The translations under genes and the position numbers were made by a program. A stretch of 63,969 nt of DNA, taken from assembly GCA_051294375.1 (NCBI GenBank), contig CM119265.1, forward strand, positions 20,491,160-20,555,128, written 5' to 3'. The notes under the pieces were generated by a model. The model was given only the letters and a program-made list of their open reading frames with translations. It did not search any database and had not been told where the DNA came from. This DNA is from Paraspadella gotoi. Lineage: Eukaryota; Animalia; Chaetognatha. Positions 54,548-63,969 of this stretch are shown here, piece after piece. Each line of letters opens with the position of its first letter. Position 1 is the stretch's first letter.

Positions 54548-55876
54548 GAGCTTTTATTTTGTTATTTATCAATATGAGGCTGACAAGATCTCGATATTAC
54601 GAAGAGCGACCATAAAGACGTCGAGAGAGACGACGACGACGACGACGACGACGACGGCGAAAATCATGACGACGACGACGACGACAGAAAATAATTACTG
54701 TGGAGATTTTGACCCTTGAATCTTCGTCGATCCGGATTTGAACGGAGAGACAGAAACTTGTTAGCGTTTTGACCAGAACCCGATTCGGATATGACTCCAC
54801 CTGACCCGAAGTTCTGACGCGAGGATAATTTTGTCTTAATTCAAACGAAAAACAACAATGAATAAGATTAAATAAATTATAATTATCTTCGCCTCTTGTA
54901 TGTTCGGAATTTTTAGAAAAAAATATTTAAATTAAACCTAATTAAATATTTTTTTAACATTTCCCTCTTTTTTTTTTTTGCATTTTTAATTTTAATTTCA
55001 TTTTTGCATTTTACCAACCCCCGCTAGTTACAATTTTAGTCGTTACATTTATCCACATATAATTGATGTATATCTCTCAACATTAAGTTCTAATACCTTT
55101 TTTCCTTTTTTTTTTCTTTTATTTCCCTAATCACTTGACTGCCGCACCGAAATCTTCTTTCACCGACTCACCGCTCTCTCAATTATGTGCACCACGCTCA
55201 CCCACACTGCTCTCTCTCTCTCTCCCCCCTTCCGTCGAATCTCACCGGCGTCACTGTCTTGCAACAAAATCCGCACCGTCACCCTTCCCCCCCCGTCCCC
55301 CCCGACCCCACCGTCACGGTCTCCACCCCACCCCACTCCCACCCCACTGCAACGTCACCCGCATTTTACACCCCACCACCCCTCCACGCCCCTCCGACCC
55401 AAACCCCGACACTCTTAAAAAAACAATTTTTTTTGTTTGATGTCACGGAACGAAAACTAATTTAAAAAAAAAAAAGTTTGAAAATTTGCACTTCTGACGA
55501 ATTGTTTGTTTTTTTAAAAAAGGAAACAAAAAAGCGAAAAAAAAACCAACCACGAAACAAAAGAGAAACAACGAGAAAAGAAAAGCACGCAGCACGTAAA
55601 TTTTGTGTTTTGATTTCAAATCATATTGCTGCTCTCACTCTATTTACTGTCTCGCTCGATCTTCGTGGACACTCGTAAAAGGAAGAGAGGGAGAGAGAGA
55701 TAGAGAGCGAGATAGTCCCAATCCGGGATCAAAGATTTCCCCCCTTCAACCCCCACCTTTTTCCAAATTTGAGAGATAAAAAAAAAATTCTTCTCGTAAT
55801 TCAGAAAAAAAAAGAAAAAGAAACGTGGCTTCGTTTTTCTTTCTCGCACTAAAATTTTGCCGCACACTTCTCTCAG

Positions 55877-56617
55877 CAACAGCAACAGCAAAAGCCACTA
55901 CAGCAACCAGCACCGCCACAACAGCCGCAGCAAGAGTCGCTGAATCCTTATTGTCTTCCACCGGGGTCGCATCGTCCACGACGAATGAACGCGCAGCAGC
56001 AACAACAACAGTTGCAGCAGCAGCAGCAGCACCTCGCCGCAGCACCGCAGCTAATTTCCAACAATCCTTTCCTGCAGCAGTATCCGCTGCTTTGGCAACG
56101 ACTCGCCTTTCAGCATCAACAGCAACAGCAACAACAGCTCAAGCGACAGTATTTTAAATCGCAACAGCAGCAGCAGCAACCGCCGCTGGGAAAATCCGCG
56201 GCCGCCGCGGCGCTCTATCCGCTCTCCCTCGTCGCGCCGGGAATCTTGGTCAAATCGCCGCCGCCGCCGTCGGATCGCGCGTCCGCTCCCGCCGCCGCCA
56301 CCACCGCCTCTAACGCCTCCGCCGCCTCGTCCGCCGCCGCCGCAGAGCCGACCTTCAGCGTGGCTGCGCACCGATCTCTCTCCTCCCCGCCGCCAGCGAA
56401 ACTCCAGCGCTTCTCCGGCGCGGCCAGCAGCAAACCCGTCGGCAGAATGAACCCGCCCGTGCCGCAACCGGGCGGCCCGCTCTCGGCCGGCAACGCCCTC
56501 CCCAACGGACTCTCGTCGTCGGCGTCGTCGTCGTCGCAATTGTCGCCGTCGTCGTCGTCGTCGAACGGAAACTCGACGCCCGTCCCTCCGTCCTCGATGA
56601 TAACCGGGATCGACGAG
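55877..56617 (+). CDS. Large internal coding exon (247 aa) with polyQ, polyA, polyS and Pro-rich tracts; likely the N-terminal region of a transcription factor or RNA-binding regulator; gene continues downstream
   Basis: CTTCTCTCAG acceptor with CACTAAA branch-like motif about 25 nt upstream; 741-nt stop-free GC-rich frame (QQQQQKPLQQ..NPFLQQYPLLWQRLAF..PPSSMITGIDE); GAG|GTAAGG donor; both ends phase 0. Confidence 0.85.
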
Positions 56618-58788
56618 GTAAGGGGGGCGTTTAAAGTGGGGGGGGGAGGGTCAAGGGGTCAAGGTCTTCGTTTTTCAGGTTTCATTCAAAGTCGATAACA
56701 ATTTTAGGGGAATTTTTAAAGGTGATGTGGCCCGATCAGGATCGGGTGGAAAGGGCGGGAGTTGAGAATATTATTTGGTTAAATGTTGTAGAATAAATGA
56801 ATGGAAGTGGACGAAAAAATAACAGTTTTAGGGAAAGTTATAAGCAAGGGGTGTACGAGATGTTAATGAAAAAAATATTAGTTTAGTTCTTTTAGTTCCT
56901 ATAATTTTTTTTTCCTTTGATGATGGTGGCGTATATATTAATCACAATTGGGAATTAAGTAATACCTTAGAATTTTCCCGCCTATTAAAAAAAATGGCTT
57001 GCTTGGTTCTAATATCTCATTTCAATTGATTACCTAACTATTTCCCTTTTCACTCTCTTTGTCATTATCGTATCTTTTTCCTAATTTCATTTTACATTTT
57101 ACGTAGAAATAAGCACAAAATAAATTACGAACATTATATCCCAATTAATTCTTCCCTGTCGCTTTTCATCACTTGGATAGTCGCTTGTCCCTTAACGCTC
57201 AACCGCTGTTAGGCACTACTTTACCTATTAATTTGTTTTATTTGTTTATTTACTTTACTTATTTATTTGTTCGCTTTTTAATCGTCAGAACGTTCGGGAG
57301 AAATATATGCATGGGGCGAGTTCGCCGATCGCCAATTGCGAGAAACTCCTCCGTTCTACTGTATGAATGTAGATTTAGACATTGTCCTTGCCGCCTTTTT
57401 TAAGCATTCTCCCTCTGTATAAACAACAACGACTTAACCATTTCCGGAATGAACAAAATGAAAAAAGAAAAAATCCCGCTCGTTTTCGAATCGCATGCGT
57501 AGGTCGCGATCCGATTCTTTCTTATTATATTTTTTTTTTTCGTTGACTTTTTCTCGTTTCTACATTGTTCAAAATTTGAACTTTTCTTTTTAGTTTTTTT
57601 TTTTTTTTTTTTAGTTTTTCTCCGATTACATCATTGCCTCAGATCGTGTCTTTCTTCAACTTCATTTTATTTTTCTTTTCCAGTTATTATTCTCCATCCC
57701 AACTTCCTTCTTATTTGTTCCCATCTTCTCAATATCATCATCCAATTTCTCCGTCGCTTTTCTCTTTCCCTCCTTCCTCGTTCTCTTTCAGTTCTCCCTT
57801 CTTCTCTGCCTCATCTTCTCTCTCTCAACCCCTTCTTCTTCGTCTTCTCGCCCTTCTAAGACCTTACCCGAAACATCGCGTGTTGTCCCTTACCCGAAAT
57901 GTTTTCATCCTCGATCTTTCTCGGCACGCAATCTCTGGCTCCAAAAATCAGACATGCGCCAATGGCTATTTCGACATGCGCCGGCGAATTTCGGGACATG
58001 GCTCGTTGCCTATGACTTTGACATGCGAGGTTGTTTATCGTTATGTATGTGCTAGTATGTGTAAAGCAATGCATCTGGACCAAAGAATATTTTAAACAGT
58101 ATTATATAACTGTCAAGAAAATTATGATGAAAATAATTTATTCAAATAGGATATTAAAATACGAAAACAAGTAACTATTAAATAAGCTTACCCAAATTAT
58201 TGTTGACGTTTATTACATTCCGTCTGCATAAAATTAAAAAAAGATAAAAAAGTAACAATGAAGCGATTCATGATTTAAAAAATGACACAAATCTAAAGAA
58301 AGCTATGATTCAGGAAATATTTAGATTCAAAACGGGAACTAATACGTATTTTTTCTAGTAAAATTGTTATCAAACAAAACCGCGTTCGTGTTAATCCAAA
58401 GTCCATCTCACACACTCGAATAAGTACTTCACGAGAAAACTCCTGGCGGGGAATCTCAAAGTTTATAATGAAATAAGTTGAATTCTTTATTTAATTTATT
58501 CGCGTAATGAATTTCGTTTACCGAAAAAATAAAAAGTAGAGCAAAAACGTTATTTTATGAGTGTGTTTGTGAGAAACGAAGGTAATTCGCGGGGGGTTTA
58601 CGCGCGACAGTCATAAACAGTAAAAATTGAAGCAGAAACATCAAAATTTACTATCTATCACTCTCTCTCTCTCTCTCATTCCCTCTCACTCGCTCTCTCT
58701 TTTCTAGTTCTCCTCTCTCTGAAGGTCCTCCCCAGAGTAAACCCTAAAAACATCTGCTTTCCAGCTCAGGTTCTGCGCATCAGAGGAC

Positions 58789-58859
<71 letters not shown>

Positions 58860-61800
58860 GGTAAACGACCTTGAAAAAGAGAGTGAAGAGAGAGAGGATC
58901 CATTCTCACATTTTTTCGTCACGACGGTGATAATGTTACTCCTTCGAGTCCAACTTGACTTTTTTCCTTTTCTGTTTCGACAAAAAGAAAAAAAAAAAAG
59001 AAACACGACAAAAAAAAACCGTTTTAATTTTTTTTGGGTTCCAAATCCCCGAAATTACACGCCAGGCTAGAAGGATTCTAGACGCTTAAACTGACATTAC
59101 ATCAGTAACGAGTACCATGTTCACTGAGACCCATTGCGAAACACCAAAAGACTAGTCCCTTTCACAGAATTTTTCCAAACAACTTGAAATCAAATCCATT
59201 AACCGAATTCTCTCGGGGACATAAATCGACGGTTAGAATCATAAATAATAAAATTGGGTGATTTACAATCACACGAGTCGATCTTCTCGTTTTTCCAGAT
59301 TCACTGTTGTTCTCTCACGATTTCACCGAATCCGTCACGCGAAGGCCAGAGTCAAACGGGACTCGTCAAAGAGTCGCAAAAGTCGAAATGTGTAACCGAG
59401 AATTTACAGACTGCGAAGTCAATGAGATAAAAATAACGTCAACTCGCCCCTCGACCAATCACCTTCCATTTATTGAGAATCTCCTCGTCGGGGCCAGGTT
59501 TGTGACATTTTGAAGGTGTCACTTGGATGGTGGACTAAAGAGCTCTTTCTCTTGGCACTTGGATGCCAGTTGACTCGTCGTTGTCATCATCATCGTCGTC
59601 GTCGTCCTTTTTCCTCTTTCGCCGCCAAAATTCAAACGCATGCATTTTTGTTTTCGTTTCACCTCCTGAATCCCATCTCCGCTACTTATCCCTCTCCCCC
59701 CCACTGCCTCCCCTCCCTCGAACGAGGTCCTTGCCCCCCCCTGTCTTCACACATCATCTTTAATCAACGGTTTCCGTTTTGTCCGACCCGCTGCCAGTCA
59801 AATCATTGCCAGAGCAAGAGTCGCTATGAGTCGTGTCGTCCGCTCTGCCCCTTAAGATTGAACGAACGATCTTCGTGCTTTGCACAAATGCACATTTCAG
59901 ATTGCAGTACCCATAGGTCCAATAATCGGACGATGCCTCTTTTTCCACCCATTTCATTGTCCATTTCAATTATTTGATGGTTTCAGCTCAGCAATGAACC
60001 CTACCTACTCCTTTGGACGGAATGTTTCATCATTTTGTCATCGTGCTTTCGGGAACATGAATTGCATAGCCTTTCTTTGAGACACGCAACTTGCGGTTTG
60101 CTCGAATGCTCGCCCTCTCGATTGACCACGGTTTCGTCTTCCCCATATTCTGGTCCGCCTCATAAATTTCTTATATCCAAATTTCAGTCTTTTCTTGCCT
60201 GCTTTGTTTCATTGAAGCTAATAGCTCTCTCGAAATCGTACATTCAGTCCTTTTGTAATATTTCTATCCAATGCGCCTCTCTCTTTGGTAAAAAAAAAAA
60301 CATTTCAGAATTCAAAATCTTGTTGACTGACTCTTTTCCAGAATAAAAATTGCCGCGAGCAATTTTACACTTTACTTTTTATATATGTAGAATATAGATA
60401 ATTAGATATACATCCACCTTCTACGATCTACAATTTGAAAACACAAAACAAAAAACAAGACTCTTAATTACGAAACAGCTCCCTCACTCCCTTGTCTCAC
60501 CCACCTTTTGAGAAAGCTTCTCCGTATTCGAATGAAAACACGACCTTCCCTCGATCGATAGGTCGGGGGGGGGGCGGACGGAGGGATAGATTGAGGGAAG
60601 GAGAAGATAATTCTCTTTGACCTCTGACACTTTTTTTGATAAAAAAAAATCTTTTTTTTTCCTTCCGACGAGAGAGTCGGGTTTCGGCGATGACGGGGAT
60701 CGGTCCATCGCGTTCATGATCATCGCCAGTGGGCGTCACGAGATGCCTGACCGCCGTTCTCGCCGACCGCTTTTGCTTCCGGCCCCTAACTGACTTCGGT
60801 CGTTTTGGCCCATGGGTCTTCGGCCAATGACCTACGCCCTCGCTCCACATACGGGCGCCTGTTTTCCTTACCGTGTCGTTCGAGGTTTTACCTTTTTTCT
60901 TTCTCGGAAAAAAAAAAGTTCAAAATAATCGATTCGAACTAAACCCGTTTTTTTTTAATATACATTTTATCCTTTTCTAACTTGGAAAGCGGTTATTCTC
61001 GATTTGCTGCATAACCGAGGAACCGTGTACATTACTTCCTACAGTTTACAGTGTGCTCCCTGTTTTTCCCTTCTCCTCCTCCTCATCCTCATCTTTTTCT
61101 CTCTTCCTCTTCCTCGCATGCGATCCACTCATTTCCTGTCCGCAAATCTTTCGATGACATTTTCCTTTTTCTTTCTTTTTATTTTCTTTCGGCTCCCTCC
61201 TTCGTCATTATTCTTTTCTTTATTATTTGGCCGAAGAATATCCTTCAAAAAATAATCACGGTTCGGAATCGATAATTTCGAAAAGGTTGCGCCAGAAAAT
61301 AGTCAAAGCGCATGAGCGGAGTGGGTTTCGATGCTGAGCGAGAAAGACCTCAAGGAAGGATGTAATCGTCTATTGTTTATTTACATCCGGGGACATTTAG
61401 GATCTACAACTCGGATGCCCTTTCGTTGGCCGGAATTAACATTTTCAAAATCAATCCATTATCCAATATATGAGTAATTTTATTTCAGAAGGAGTTTATA
61501 TATTTAATTAAATTAAGCTTAAAGGAGCAGATAATGAATGAAAGGTCCATGAACAAGATAAGCCTATATGTCAATTGTGACATTTTCTTTAAGAAGGGCG
61601 TACGAATGAGAGCTTGTACGTTTGTACTAAAGAGAGCTGCATAGATCGGTAGAGTGACTCTTAAACGCATGCGTCACATTATCCAATGCGTCGCCAAAAT
61701 GAGAGAAAAAGGCGCCCAAATGAGAGGGCCTCTTTGCCTCAGATGTCAAGACTTTTGATGCTAATTTCTGCGTCGTCTGCTTTCTCCAATTTCTTTGTCC

Positions 61801-62051
61801 GCTTCTATGCGTTAATCCACCCAATACAGGCTCAATACAGGTTTTTCTCTTCGAGTTAATTCGGCTTATTTCTACCTGTTCTCTCTTTTTTTTTTCGGGG
61901 GTCTTTTTTGGCAGAGCACTGCTTCCCTTCATCCTCCTCCTCCTCTGCCTCCTTTTTATCCTGCTCCTCTTCATCATCCAGTCGCATCCTCTTCCTCTTT
62001 CTTATACTTTAGCCCGCTCTCTTCCTCATTCTCGGATGATGACATGTCCAG

Positions 62052-62172
<121 letters not shown>

Positions 62173-62273
62173 ATCTCTCTCTCCCTCCCTCTGTTGATTT
62201 TATTGCCGCTCGATTTTTTGTCTCAAGAGCACGTTTTTATTCACGGTTCGGTTCCCGCCAAAGAGAGTGAAAG

Positions 62274-62331
<58 letters not shown>

Positions 62332-63210
62332 CTCTCTCTCTCTCTCTCCTCTCACCTTGCCATCCTTTTATGTCATGACAACTTGACAACCACCATTGAT
62401 GAACCCAGCTTCGTTAAGGTCAGATACTCTAGAGCACAGGGGGTCAGACAACAAGCCCTGAAGGGTCGATCCCGCAGAGACCGCGGTTCTCCATGTTCTT
62501 CAAAACCCCTGGGGCAGAGACGAGAAAGGTAGCCTTATAGACAAAGAGAATCGAAAGAAGGAATAATCTTTAAACAATGAAGGTTTGATTCAACCAACTA
62601 CGTAATAGTTTTGGACCGCACTTTTACTGAGGCAACGCAATGCAATGAAATTGAATTCAATCATGAGAATTGTCACGCAATGTTTTCTCCGTCTTGCCAA
62701 TGTACCGATGTGCCGATGTACCAAAGGACAAGCCGGTATGTATCCGAAACGTTCGGGGCCATGATGAGAGTCATAGCCGGCGGAAAGTGAAATGAAGAAA
62801 AAAGTAAAAATATCAGATTCTGGGTCTAAACATAAAGGTATCGAATGACATTTGTCATTATGCGCACAAATAACAAAAACCGTAAGAGAATTTACGACTG
62901 TGAGAAAAGCGTGAGATGAATACGCGACGCGACCTTATAAAGGACTCGCTGACTCTCCGTAGTCACTCGCTAATTCGTTTCTCGCTGTTTTTTTTTCCCC
63001 CAATTTTTAATTTTCCGATTTGTGATAGAGTTTTCTTGAGGACTCGAGGCCCTGAATCGGCATTCGATTCGAGATTTTTCTCCACTTTAATTTTATGTCG
63101 AACAGTAAAAAACGATTTGGTCGACTTTAATTTCGCTGCTTATTTCGGACCCTTGATTCTTTCAGGGCCTGTATGTTTCTCTCTCTCTCTCTCTCTCTCC
63201 CATCTCTCTC

Positions 63211-63261
<51 letters not shown>

Positions 63262-63392
63262 CTCTCTCATCTGCCTCTTCCGTCTCTCCATGACAAAAAC
63301 GAAGCTCAGAGGGGATGAAAACAAAAAAAATCCCGTGAAAATGTTTTAAAAACTGTTTTTTTAATCCTGTAAAAAAAGCGAAAAAAAAAGAT

Positions 63393-63461
<69 letters not shown>

Positions 63462-63969
63462 AGAGAAGGAGAGAGAGCAAGAGGATTTCAAGTTTAAACG
63501 AGGGGAAAGAGTAAAAAAAAACGAGGAAAAATCGAAAGGCAAATCTGCTCGAGCGTAAATATTTGTTTACTCTTCTCAAAACAAAGTCGCTCGTTTCTGG
63601 TAAGTTCGTGGATCGAAGGGGGAAACGAGAAGGTAAGTCCGGTCACGGATCCGATGAAAGTTGACGATTGACACAAATTCTTTAAAAAAAATGTTTGAGA
63701 AAGAAAGAAGAAATGAAAATGAGAGGAAGAAACAGAGAGAGAGTTTTTTAAGGAGAAAGAGAAAGAGAGAAGGAGAGAAAGTTAAGTTAAAAAAAAGTAA
63801 TGACTTAAGAGCATTAAGTAAAAAAAAAAAGTCTTCGCGCAACGAAGAGGAAATGAGAGGGAACTTCTTTTTTTCTTTTTTTTTTTCTTTTTTGGCTCAA
63901 TGTTCTCCCGAAAATGAGTTGGAGTTATTTACGACGCTCACTCTCATTTGCATGTACGAGTTTGGCTCT

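Larger units (their letters stand above)
46571..55310 (+). repeat. Block Y copy 4 (about 30626-39670), continuous with unique downstream sequence
   Basis: Colinear match; carries the intact exon 53341-53526 and runs on into exon 55877-56617. Confidence 0.9.

Noticed and set aside
56591-56617. Exon end SMITGIDE resembles the GIEE preceding the first zinc finger of insect FTZ-F1, and loosely the pre-RRM region of ELAV proteins
   Set aside because: Only a few residues compared from memory, and no zinc-finger or RRM exon was found in the remaining 7 kb; no gene symbol assigned.
62720-62770. CCGAAACGTTC, resembling the 3' half of a Penelope-type hammerhead
   Set aside because: No CUGANGA core at a suitable position.

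Overview
AT-rich, CpG-undepleted, intron-containing eukaryotic (probably invertebrate animal) DNA from a gap-filled draft scaffold, dense in (AG)n, (ACG)n, (TTTC)n and (TATC)n microsatellites. Almost all ORFs in the track are low-complexity or N-gap artefacts. By eye, roughly 45% of the window is redundant: five 25-N gaps are flanked by indel-riddled direct or inverted copies (blocks in 26.6-55.3 kb and 6.7-10.4 kb, plus a very noisy read-like copy at about 13.5-24 kb), which looks like long-read gap-filling artefact. After collapsing copies, the main feature is the 5' part of a + strand gene encoding a Gln/Ser/Ala/Pro-rich, regulator-like protein with no recognisable domain in the window. It has two candidate phase-0 first coding exons (a TATA-driven exon with a ~0.9 kb ATG-free leader ending ATG TTT GAG|GT, and exon 53341-53526) that fit a common exon at 55877-56617. 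Other notable signals are a Penelope-type minimal hammerhead ribozyme (7631-7677, -), an alternating GGCGCC/AGAC Smad-type array in the leader, a perfect RFX X-box (2340-2352) and two weaker - strand gene candidates. I found no demonstrably novel system; the best leads are listed with tests.
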